Shown here: positions 8,885 to 16,936 of the stretch, piece after piece
Position numbering within the stretch: position 1 is the stretch's first letter
Layout: every line of letters starts with the position of its first letter
Assembly (NCBI GenBank): GCA_018001225.1
Contig: JAGNIJ010000017.1
Span: 10,688-74,687, forward strand
Reading direction: 5' to 3'
Source: Kiritimatiellia bacterium
Lineage (GTDB): Bacteria > Verrucomicrobiota > Kiritimatiellia > CAIQIC01 > JAGNIJ01
DNA: 64,000 nt
The notes under the pieces: generated by a model
Told to the model about the DNA's origin: nothing
The model's database searches: none
Seen by the model: only the letters and a program-made list of their open reading frames with translations
Program-made: the position numbers and the translations under genes

Positions 8885-10621
8885 ATGACGCCAGTCCCAA
8901 AGCGGCGCGGTCGGGCGGGGTGCCTTGCGGGGTGGTGTTTCCTGCTGGCCGCCGCGGCGCACGCGGACGATCTTGCGCTGCCGGTGGGGATGCCGATTCC
9001 TCCGCCGGGGCCCGGCGCGGGGCCGTACGCCGCGCCGCCGCTCGCCGAGTTCCAGGCGATGGAACAGGAGGTGCTGGCCGAGGGTCTGCAGGGCCCCGAC
9101 GGGCTGGCCGTGCACCCGTTGACCGGAGAGATTTTCTTTTCCGAGGAGGACGCGGCCCGCGTGCTCGTGCTGCGCGACGGGCAGCCGCTCCGCGTCGTGG
9201 ATCGGGACACGCCGCTCTACCGGCTCCGCGACGGGCGCCGCACGGCCGATCCGACGGAGCCGCTGCGCAACCCCGAGGGCATCGCCTTCTCGCCGTCCGG
9301 CGACCTGTACGTGGCGGAGGATATTTCCGGCGGGCGGCTGCTCCGCTTCCCGGGCCGTCCGGACGGCCGGTACCCGGAGGGCGAGGTGATCGAATTTCCG
9401 GGCGAGTGGCGCGCCTTCGCGTGGGAGGGCGTGGCCGTCGGCCCGCAGAACGACATCCTGCTGGCGGGCTCCGACGTCGAGTTCGCCATGGCCGGCAGCG
9501 GCGCCAAGCCGTTCATGGGCGCCATCCTCTACCGCGACAACGTCGGCCAATGGTGGGTGCCGTACCGCCGGCCGTTCGCGAGTTTCTCCTCCGTGCAGTT
9601 CACGCGGGGCGGGCGGCAGGCCGTCTACACGTGCGAAGTGTCGGGCGAGGTAGGCTGGCTGGACCTGCAGGGGCGCCGGCCCATCGGCGGCTGTAGTGCC
9701 ACGGCGGTCAAGGCCCCGGAAGGCATCGCCGTGCTGCCGGACGGCCGGCTGGCGGTGGCCTCGGAGGCGGGCGCCCTGCTGATCGTGGACCCCGCGGTGG
9801 ACCGCCACACGGTGGCGGCGGAGGGGTTCGGGTCGCTCGAATCGGCGCAGTGGGATCCGCTCGCGGAGCGCCTGCTGCTCACGGAGCAATCGAAGGGCCG
9901 CGTGCTGTCGCTCAAGGCCCGGCCCGACTTCCCGGCGGAGGTGAACCGCATGGACATGGCGGTCTACCATCCGCTGTTCAACCCGCGCCATGTCCCCGAG
10001 TACTGCCCCCCGTACCTGGCCCGCATCCTGGCCCTGGGCGGGCTCGACTACGGCCGGCCGGGCCTGCCGCCGATCTCCTTCCGCGAGTTCACCGAGCGCG
10101 TGCCGCTGATCGCGGCGGACGCGCGCGCGGTGCCCGCGGAAGACCAGGAACCGGTCGAGGATCCGTTGGAGCGCGTGCAGTTCGTCGTCTTCAAGCCGAA
10201 CCAGATGGTCATGGGCGAGACCGGCCCGCAGACGGCGCTGGCGCTGTTCGCCAGCCGTTCGAAATCGGGACGCGTGACGGCCACGAGCGTCCTGCGGGCG
10301 GAGACGATGGGGATCAGCCTGGACCGGCCGAAGACCGAGCGGATCGGCACGGCGGCCCTGGCCGTGCCGATGCCCGGGGGGGTCGGGGTGTCCTCGCTGG
10401 GCATCGCCAACATCAACTTCATGGGGCTGGGCCGGACGCCGGACTACTCGGTGGTGCTCAACCCGGGGCAGCCGTTCGACAGCTATCTCGTCGTATACGA
10501 AACCGGCGGAAGGCGTGTACATTATAGGTTGGAGTTCTCGGAGGAAGGGTCGGGGCTGGATTCGTGGGTCGTGGCGTTCACCGCCTCGCGGCCTGACGAA
10601 TGGCTGTTCCTCGGCCGATAA
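8885..10621 (+). CDS. Secreted beta-propeller (NHL/SMP-30/gluconolactonase-like repeats) protein, paralog 1 of 3
   Basis: Signal peptide MTPVPKRRGRAGCLAGWCFLLAAAAHADD. Repeated GPDGLAVHP...IFFSEE / NPEGIAFSPSGDLYVAE blade motifs. The C-terminal domain shares the motifs RVQFVVFKPNQMVMGETGPQ, FASRSKSGRV and NFMGLGRTPDY with the ORFs at 10622 and 16937. Confidence 0.7.
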   Translation: MTPVPKRRGRAGCLAGWCFLLAAAAHADDLALPVGMPIPPPGPGAGPYAAPPLAEFQAMEQEVLAEGLQGPDGLAVHPLTGEIFFSEEDAARVLVLRDGQPLRVVDRDTPLYRLRDGRRTADPTEPLRNPEGIAFSPSGDLYVAEDISGGRLLRFPGRPDGRYPEGEVIEFPGEWRAFAWEGVAVGPQNDILLAGSDVEFAMAGSGAKPFMGAILYRDNVGQWWVPYRRPFASFSSVQFTRGGRQAVYTCEVSGEVGWLDLQGRRPIGGCSATAVKAPEGIAVLPDGRLAVASEAGALLIVDPAVDRHTVAAEGFGSLESAQWDPLAERLLLTEQSKGRVLSLKARPDFPAEVNRMDMAVYHPLFNPRHVPEYCPPYLARILALGGLDYGRPGLPPISFREFTERVPLIAADARAVPAEDQEPVEDPLERVQFVVFKPNQMVMGETGPQTALALFASRSKSGRVTATSVLRAETMGISLDRPKTERIGTAALAVPMPGGVGVSSLGIANINFMGLGRTPDYSVVLNPGQPFDSYLVVYETGGRRVHYRLEFSEEGSGLDSWVVAFTASRPDEWLFLGR

Positions 10622-12568
10622 ATGACCATGCATGAGCCGAGTCCAAGTCGGAAGGCAGCCCGGCGCCGGTGGGGCGTGGGCCTGCTCTGGGCCGCGGCCG
10701 GGCTGGCGCTGCCGCCGGGACCCGCGCCCGCGCTGCGCCTGGAGACGTCCCGCGAGCTGCTCGCGGTCGAGGTCGTCGCCGGCGGGTTGAAGGAACCCGG
10801 CGGCATGGCGACGGATCCCCGGCACGGCGAAGTCTACGTGGCCGAGCGGGGCGCCCACCGCGTATCCCTGATCCGCGACAAGCAGGTCCTCCCCGTGCTG
10901 GAGGGGGCGTTCGCCCTCGCCGAGAAAAAGCGCGGCCCGCGAAAAGCCTCCACGCTGGACGCCCCGTCCGCCATCGCCTTCGACGCCGACGGCCGCCTGT
11001 ACGTGGTCGAAAGCCACGGCCCGGCGCGGCTGCTGAAGTTCGAGCCGCTCTACGAAGGCTTGCGCCTGGCCTCGGTGATCGAGACCCCGTGGGTGGAAAC
11101 GCCGCAGGTCTGCACGGGCGTCGCCGCGGACCGCCGCGGCCGGCTGTTCGTCACCACGCAGAACCGCGAGCGCCGCGTGGTCACGGTCTTCGGCGCCGTG
11201 CTGATGCGGGAGGCGGACGGCAACTGGAAGCTGGTGGACCACGGCCCGTTCTCGGATTTCTCCAACGCCGCGGTGGACCCGGAGGGGCGCACCCTGGTCG
11301 TGGGCGAGCGCCGGGGCGCGGACTTGAGCTGGTACGACGCGCGCCGCCAGGTCGAGATCCGCAGCCTGGAGAAAATGGAAGGGCTGCGCCACCTGGCCCT
11401 GCTGCCGGACGGCACCACGGTCGCCAGCCTGAACCGCGCCGACGGCACCTGGAGCCTGGCGGAGGTGGACGGCCTCTCGGGCATCGTCTGGGAGTGGGTC
11501 GGCGGACTCGGGGAGATCGGCGGCTTGTGCGCCCACCCGGACACCGGGGATCTCTACGTCACGCTGGCGGGCGAGGGCAAGGTCATGCGGGTGCACCGGC
11601 TGGAGCCGCGGAAGGAGACGCCGGCGCCGCAGAGCCGGATCGGCCGCATGATGCGGGTGTTCGAGCTGGAAAACGCGATCCCGCCGCCCGAGTGGCCGGA
11701 GTTCTTCCGCACGTTCATCGAACAGTTGGGGCTGGTCCGGCCCGTCAACGAGCACACGGCGCGCCGGCCCGGCGAGCCCCGGCCGGAGGGCATCCCGCTG
11801 ACGATCGCGGAGTTCGCCTCCAGCGTGCCCGTGGTCGCCGCCAAGGTCCGGGCGCGCCTCGTCGGCCCGGAGGATCAGGAGGCGGACCCCGTCGAGGAGT
11901 TGAGCTTCCTCCTGTTCCATCCCAACCGGAGCATGCTGACGCGGCAGACCATGGCGCCCAGCTTGAGCCTGTTCTGGGCGCGGCACCGGAGCGGCCGGGT
12001 CGTCCGCAGCCAGTTCATGCCGAACCGGGCGGGCCGCCCGTTGAGCGAAGACATCCCGTGGGACGAGATGCCCGAAATGCTGGTCGCGTTCCCCGCCGGC
12101 TTCTACGCGCCCGAGACCGGCGTGTCCGAGAACAGCCTGCTGCGCGTCTACTTCCTGGGCATGGGCATGGGGCCGGACTACTGGATCGACCTCGACCGCG
12201 AGGACATGGGCCGGAGCCGCATGGTGGTCGAGAAGCAGGGCGGCCGGCGCGTGGACTATATCCTCGAGCCCTACCTCGAGACGCCCTCCGCCGGCGGGCA
12301 GACCGTCCTCGTCGCCGGCCTCAAGGAAGTGGAGATGGGCTGGCACGACCTGGGCCAGGACCCGATCCCGTGGAAGATTGTTCCCCCGGACGCGCGCCCC
12401 GTCCAGACCCGGCACCTGATGAACCTGGACCAGGTCCGCGCCCGGCCGATGCCCCGGGAACCCGCCGTGGCGGACGTGTACCTGCCCCAGCCGACCTTGC
12501 AGGGTACGGACCTCTCCCGGCGCATCGTCCTGCGCGCCGCCTCCCGCTGGGCCACGAACCCGTTTTAA
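10622..12568 (+). CDS. Secreted beta-propeller protein, paralog 2 of 3
   Basis: Its ATG is immediately after the TAA of paralog 1. Signal peptide GVGLLWAAAGLALPP. Blade motifs LKEPGGMATDPRHGEVYVAERGAHRVSLI. C-terminal motifs LSFLLFHPNRSMLTRQTMAPSLSLFWARHRSGRV and YFLGMGMGPDYW. Confidence 0.7.
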   Translation: MTMHEPSPSRKAARRRWGVGLLWAAAGLALPPGPAPALRLETSRELLAVEVVAGGLKEPGGMATDPRHGEVYVAERGAHRVSLIRDKQVLPVLEGAFALAEKKRGPRKASTLDAPSAIAFDADGRLYVVESHGPARLLKFEPLYEGLRLASVIETPWVETPQVCTGVAADRRGRLFVTTQNRERRVVTVFGAVLMREADGNWKLVDHGPFSDFSNAAVDPEGRTLVVGERRGADLSWYDARRQVEIRSLEKMEGLRHLALLPDGTTVASLNRADGTWSLAEVDGLSGIVWEWVGGLGEIGGLCAHPDTGDLYVTLAGEGKVMRVHRLEPRKETPAPQSRIGRMMRVFELENAIPPPEWPEFFRTFIEQLGLVRPVNEHTARRPGEPRPEGIPLTIAEFASSVPVVAAKVRARLVGPEDQEADPVEELSFLLFHPNRSMLTRQTMAPSLSLFWARHRSGRVVRSQFMPNRAGRPLSEDIPWDEMPEMLVAFPAGFYAPETGVSENSLLRVYFLGMGMGPDYWIDLDREDMGRSRMVVEKQGGRRVDYILEPYLETPSAGGQTVLVAGLKEVEMGWHDLGQDPIPWKIVPPDARPVQTRHLMNLDQVRARPMPREPAVADVYLPQPTLQGTDLSRRIVLRAASRWATNPF

Positions 12569-12698
12569 TTCCGGCGGACCCCGGCGGGCTTAGCCGGCAG
12601 GGGGCGATCTCCCTCTTTGGACCCCGGCGGGCTTGTCCCGCCGGTGAACGAGGTCAGGGAGCCCGCGCCGCGCGCGGTGTTCTCCGCCTTCCCTGCGC

Positions 12699-12741
12699 CG
12701 GAAAAACAAAAACGCCGGGATCCGCGTGAGCGAATCCCGGC
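12699..12741 (-). terminator. Rho-independent terminator for the PPIase gene
   Basis: On the minus strand: hairpin GCCGGGAT...ATCCCGGC (8-bp stem) followed by GUUUUUGUUUUUCC, 17 nt after the stop at 12758. Confidence 0.5.
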
Positions 12742-12757
12742 GCCGTATGCAAACCGT

Positions 12758-13984
12758 CTACTCTTCAGCCGGGGCCGCCGGCGCTTCCTCGGGGGCCGGC
12801 TCGGCCGCCGCCTCGGGTTCCGCCGGAGCGGTCTCGGGCTCGGCCGTCTCTTCCACCGGGGGACGCATCATCGGCATCGACATCGGCGGCGGCATGCTCG
12901 CCGCGCCGAGGAACTGGATGTCGGCCTTGGCCTTGATCCCGTCGATGTACTCGCGGACGGCCAGCTGGCGCTTCTGCGCCTTCATGCCGCGGACCAGGTC
13001 GGGACGCACCTCGTCCAGTGTCATCGCGTGGGCCTCGTCGTGCTTGGTGACCTTGATGACGTGGTAGCCGAACCGGGTTTCCACCACCGGCCCGATCTCG
13101 TCCACCTTCTGGGCGAACGCCGCATCCTCGAAGGGCTTGACCATGTCGCCCCGGCGGAAGGGCGGCAGCTCGCCGCCGCGCGCCTTGCTGGGGCAATCGG
13201 AGTGCTCGGTCGCCAGCGCCGCGAAGTCGGCGCCTTCGATCAGCTTCGCGCGGAGTTCCTCCGCCTTGGCCTGCGCCGCCTTCTTCTGCTCCTCCGTCGC
13301 GTCCGGCTCCACGGCGATCAGGATATGGCTCGCGGCCACGGTCTCCGGCATGTCCATGCGGTCCTTGTGGTCCTCATAGAACTTGGCGACTTCCTCATCG
13401 GTCGGCTCGGCGATCTGCTTTTCGACCTCGGACTCCACGAGCTTGTTGATCCGCAGCTCCGTGGCGAATTCCTTGTCGAACTCCGCCTTGGAAATGCCCT
13501 GCTTGTCCAGGGCGTCTTCCAGCGTCATGCCGGGCGGGAAGCGGCCCGTGAACTCGGCGCGCGCCTTGTCGATCTCCTCGGGCGTGAGTTCCACCTTCTG
13601 CCGGTCCGCCTCGCGGAGCAGCAGGCGCTTGACGATCAGCGCCTCGGCGGCCTGCCGGGTGATCTGGCCCCGCATTTGGGCCAGTTGCTCCGGCGGGACC
13701 TGGCGCTGCGCGGCGATCTTCATGGCGCGGTCCACCTCGGCGCGGACTTCGCCCCAGGTGAGCTGGTCGCCGTCGATCGAGGCGATCGCCTCGTCGTCCG
13801 CGGGTTCCGGGGCCGCGCTGCGTACGGGCTGGGAAAACAGGTCGCCCGGCTGCGACAGATCCACTTCGGCGTCGGCCGCCGGCTCTTCCTTCTGCCCGCA
13901 GCCCGTGAGCGGGAAGGCGACGAGGACCGCCGCCGTCAGTATCCACCGGGCCGTTCTCCACGCCGTGTCGCTATGCTTCTTCAT
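12758..13984 (-). CDS. Peptidyl-prolyl cis-trans isomerase, SurA/PrsA-like parvulin lipoprotein
   Basis: Lipobox AFPLTGCGQ. A SurA-N-like chaperone region is followed by a PpiC domain (SHILIAVEPDAT...GGELPPFRRGDMVKPFEDAAF...GYHVIKV). An acidic Pro/Glu/Ala C-terminal tail follows. Confidence 0.8.
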   Translation of the reverse strand: MKKHSDTAWRTARWILTAAVLVAFPLTGCGQKEEPAADAEVDLSQPGDLFSQPVRSAAPEPADDEAIASIDGDQLTWGEVRAEVDRAMKIAAQRQVPPEQLAQMRGQITRQAAEALIVKRLLLREADRQKVELTPEEIDKARAEFTGRFPPGMTLEDALDKQGISKAEFDKEFATELRINKLVESEVEKQIAEPTDEEVAKFYEDHKDRMDMPETVAASHILIAVEPDATEEQKKAAQAKAEELRAKLIEGADFAALATEHSDCPSKARGGELPPFRRGDMVKPFEDAAFAQKVDEIGPVVETRFGYHVIKVTKHDEAHAMTLDEVRPDLVRGMKAQKRQLAVREYIDGIKAKADIQFLGAASMPPPMSMPMMRPPVEETAEPETAPAEPEAAAEPAPEEAPAAPAEE

Positions 13985-14152
13985 CCGCGTGCCATCCTTT
14001 CCTTGGTGTCCTTCCGACAGTTCGAGACGGAATTCGTTCAAAACGCGGCATACTCTGGACTCCCGGTCTCCCGGTGTCAAACACACATTAGAGCACTTGA
14101 ACCTTGGGATTTTTTTTGGATTTCGATATTCGAAAATCGAGTTTGGACTCCT

Positions 14153-15136
14153 TTATGGCACGGGCCAGCGGAACGCGCCGGTGCGCAGGAAGCGCGCGAC
14201 CTCGGCGGCCGCCTGTTCGGCCTTGCGCCGGACGGCCTCCGCGGTGTTGAAGGCGTTGTGCGGGGTGAGCAGGACGTTCGGCCGGCGGGCCAGCCGGCGC
14301 AGGGCCCGGGCGGCGCGGCCGGCGCGGCCGGTCCGGAACGCGACGGCCACCTCGCTTTCGTCCTCGAACACGTCCAGGCCCGCCCCGGCGAGCCGGCCGG
14401 TGTCCAGCGCCCAGGCGAGGTCCGCCGTGGGGGCCAGTTCGCCGCGCGCGATGTTCACGAAGAGGGCCCCGGGCCGGACTCGCCGCCAGGCGGCGCGGTT
14501 GAAGTAGCCCGCGTTCCGTGCCGTCAGGTTCATCGCGCAGACGATCACGTCCGCCTCCGCGAGCCCGCGGGCGGGCGGGACGTAGTCGATCTCCGGATGG
14601 CGCCGCGCGAGGTCCACGCCCCGCACGCGCAGGCCGAGGCCGCGCCCGACCCGCGCGATCTCGCGGCCGATGTTCCCGACGCCCACGACGGTCAGCGTCC
14701 GGCCGAGGCATTCGCCGCCGGTCAGCCCGTCGCGGTCGAAGGCGGCGAACTGCCGGAGCTGGAGGGGGAGGCGGCGGAGGAGCGCCAGCCAGAGCATCGC
14801 CGCGTGTTCCGCGACGGCGCGGGCGCAGTAGCGGGGGAGGTAGCCGCAGGGCAGGGGCCGGCCCGCCCGTTCGCGGTAGCGCCGGAGATGGTCGTAGCCG
14901 GTGCTGCGCGTGAGCACGCCGGAGAGCCGGGGCGCCCAGGCCGGCGGGAGGATCGACTGGGTGCGGATGCTGACCAGGGCGGCGGGGGGCTCCGCGTCGC
15001 CGCGCTCCTGGATCGTGCGGCCGGTCAGCACGGCCCGCACCCCCCGGGGCAGGAGCGCCCGCAGCGCGGCCGCCTCCTCCGCAAAGGCCTCGTAGAACAC
15101 CACGTCGGCCGGCCGCTGCCGCGCTTTTTTCATCAC
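14153..15136 (-). CDS. D-isomer-specific 2-hydroxyacid dehydrogenase (NAD-binding)
   Basis: Rossmann motif TLTVVGVGNIGREIARVG. The catalytic region ARGELAPTADL...LDVFEDE...LLTPHNAFNT is typical of D-2-HDH (LdhA/GyaR family). Confidence 0.85.
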   Translation of the reverse strand: MMKKARQRPADVVFYEAFAEEAAALRALLPRGVRAVLTGRTIQERGDAEPPAALVSIRTQSILPPAWAPRLSGVLTRSTGYDHLRRYRERAGRPLPCGYLPRYCARAVAEHAAMLWLALLRRLPLQLRQFAAFDRDGLTGGECLGRTLTVVGVGNIGREIARVGRGLGLRVRGVDLARRHPEIDYVPPARGLAEADVIVCAMNLTARNAGYFNRAAWRRVRPGALFVNIARGELAPTADLAWALDTGRLAGAGLDVFEDESEVAVAFRTGRAGRAARALRRLARRPNVLLTPHNAFNTAEAVRRKAEQAAAEVARFLRTGAFRWPVP

Positions 15137-15194
15137 CGTTTTTTTCGTCCTGCATCTTTAGCGCGCGTGACTTTCCTGTACGATCCGGTGAAAT

Positions 15195-15241
15195 GTGACA
15201 CGGGCGTCTCGCCCGTGCTTTTCACGGCCGGGACGGCCGTG
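15195..15241 (+). repeat. GC-rich dyad element, family copy A: GTGA-CACGGGCG-TCTC-GCCCGTG-CTTTT-CACGGCCG-GGAC-GGCCGTG
   Basis: Two 8-bp-stem perfect inverted repeats separated by CTTTT. Same core and orientation as 5569-5615. It lies about 180 nt upstream of the motA/exbB-like gene. Confidence 0.4.
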
Positions 15242-15304
15242 CCACACTCCAGATCCAATCCTTCGCTAAAGATACAGTTTTCCGCCCCCGGGCCATTTCG
15301 CCCA

Positions 15305-15340
15305 TTGACTTGAATAGCCGCTTGGAGGATGATAGACAAT
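15305..15340 (+). promoter_or_regulatory. Weak candidate promoter upstream of the stator-like operon
   Basis: TTGACT at 15305-15310 with a poor -10 (GATGAT) after a 17-nt spacer. It is included only because it is the single -35-like hexamer in the 280-nt divergent intergenic region. Confidence 0.2.
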
Positions 15341-15417
15341 CTAATTAGTCGGGTTCCGCGTGGACGCGCGGAGCCCCCGAAAAGAGCCGAGAAACTTCTC
15401 TCCAGTCGAGGTGCGCA

Positions 15418-16926
15418 ATGGCGGAAGAAACGGAAGTCGGCGTAACCGAGTTGACCGAGCCCGAACTCCAGGTGGCCAAGGGCGGGCGCCCCGGAACCGA
15501 CGCCAACGTGGTGATCCAGGTGCTGGTGGGGCTCATCGGCACCGTCGCGGTGGCGTTTGCCGTGTTCCCCCTGAAGGGCCGGAGCGCGGCGCTGGATTAC
15601 ATCTACCAGCTCATCAACCAGCGCGGCCCCATTCAGTACATCGAGCTGTTCATGGGCTTCATGGTGGCGGCCCAGATCTTCCTGAAGTCGCGCATCCTGA
15701 AAAAGCAGACGCGCACCTTCATTGAAAGCCCCGTGGACTCCAGCATCGACCTCAACGACGACGTGCACGTGCAGGAGCTCCGCAAGCGCATCGTCGCCAA
15801 CCCGCTCTTCACCGAGAGCATCGCGTTGAGCCGCATGGACCGCATCCTGGCCCTGTGGCTGGCGACCAAGGACGTTGGCCGTATCTCCGGCTGGGCGGCC
15901 TCGGAGTCCGACCGCGACACGTCGTCCTCCGACTCCTCCTACGCCCTCTCGCGCGTGCTGATCTGGGCCATTCCCATCCTGGGGTTCATCGGGACGGTGC
16001 AGGGCCTCGGGTCCGCCGTGTCCGGGTTCGCGGACTTTCTGAAGAGCAGCGCCGAATTGAGCGCCATCAAGGGCGCCATCGCGAACGTGACCATCGGCCT
16101 CGGCGTCGCCTTCGACACCACCTTCCTCGCCCTGATCCTGGTGACCCTGCTGATGTTCCCGCTCTCCTCGCTGCAGCGCCGCGAGGAAAACCTCTTCGTC
16201 GAAATCGACATCTACCTGGACGAGGTGCTCATCTCGCGCCTGCCCTCGCCCGAGAGCAAGCCGATCGTGATCGAGAACCTCGAGGACTCCATCGAGGCCG
16301 CCTTCCGCCGGTACATCCCCGACCCGGACCGCTACGACGAGGTGTTCACCCGGTCCATCGAGAAGGCCGCCGCCAGCGTGGAGCAGAAGTTCGACGGCTT
16401 GAGCCAGAACTACGTCTCCACGCTGCGGGGCTTGAGCGAGCACTTGTCCAGCAGCTTCGGCACCGTGGGCGACGCGATGGAGACCGCCCTGCGCAAGGTC
16501 ACCGCGGACCTGCGCGCCCAGGAGGACGCCGTCCTCGAAAGCCGCCGGAAGCTGGCGGAGGAGGAGGCGGGCCGGATGAAGGGCGTGTTCGCCGGCGTCA
16601 ACGACGCCGTGGTCAAGGCGGCGGGCGAGTACACGCGCAGCGCGGACGCGCTCACGAGCGCCACGCGCGAGAGCTCCGAGCAATCCGTCCAGGCCGCGCG
16701 GGAGCTGGTCACGCGCATGAGCGAGGTCCGGCAGCTGGCCTCGGGCATCCAGGACCTTTTCAAGATCCAGCAGGCCATGGAGAAGAGCCTCGCGGGGATC
16801 GCCGCCTCGGCGGAGTTCCGCACGGCGCTCGAGGATCTGCGCAAGCACCTGACCACGACCGACGCGCTGGTCAGCCGCTTGAGCCGTCCGCGCGTGATCA
16901 CGCTGCGCGAGGAGACCGGCGCGTGA
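15418..16926 (+). CDS. MotA/TolQ/ExbB-family proton-channel (stator) protein with a roughly 260-aa C-terminal coiled-coil extension
   Basis: GAGGTG RBS 6 nt upstream. TM1 VVIQVLVGLIGTVAVAFAVF, a large cytoplasmic loop, then the family signature PILGFIGTVQGLGSAVSGF and IANVTIGLGVAFDTTFLALILVTLLMFPL. Residues about 245-502 are predicted helical and Glu/Ala/Arg-rich with no TM. Confidence 0.75.
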   Translation: MAEETEVGVTELTEPELQVAKGGRPGTDANVVIQVLVGLIGTVAVAFAVFPLKGRSAALDYIYQLINQRGPIQYIELFMGFMVAAQIFLKSRILKKQTRTFIESPVDSSIDLNDDVHVQELRKRIVANPLFTESIALSRMDRILALWLATKDVGRISGWAASESDRDTSSSDSSYALSRVLIWAIPILGFIGTVQGLGSAVSGFADFLKSSAELSAIKGAIANVTIGLGVAFDTTFLALILVTLLMFPLSSLQRREENLFVEIDIYLDEVLISRLPSPESKPIVIENLEDSIEAAFRRYIPDPDRYDEVFTRSIEKAAASVEQKFDGLSQNYVSTLRGLSEHLSSSFGTVGDAMETALRKVTADLRAQEDAVLESRRKLAEEEAGRMKGVFAGVNDAVVKAAGEYTRSADALTSATRESSEQSVQAARELVTRMSEVRQLASGIQDLFKIQQAMEKSLAGIAASAEFRTALEDLRKHLTTTDALVSRLSRPRVITLREETGA

Positions 16927-16936
16927 GGCCGCGGCG

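Noticed and set aside
8855-12415. 1186-aa minus-strand ORF antisense to the two propeller paralogs
   Set aside because: It lies opposite well-supported plus-strand genes with signal peptides and repeat motifs. Its composition is RPG/A-rich and low-complexity. It is a high-GC stop-codon-depletion artefact.
12617-15313. 898-aa plus-strand ORF spanning the PPIase and dehydrogenase loci
   Set aside because: It is opposite two confidently called minus-strand genes. It has no start-site or motif support. It is the frame in which the dyad element happens to translate.
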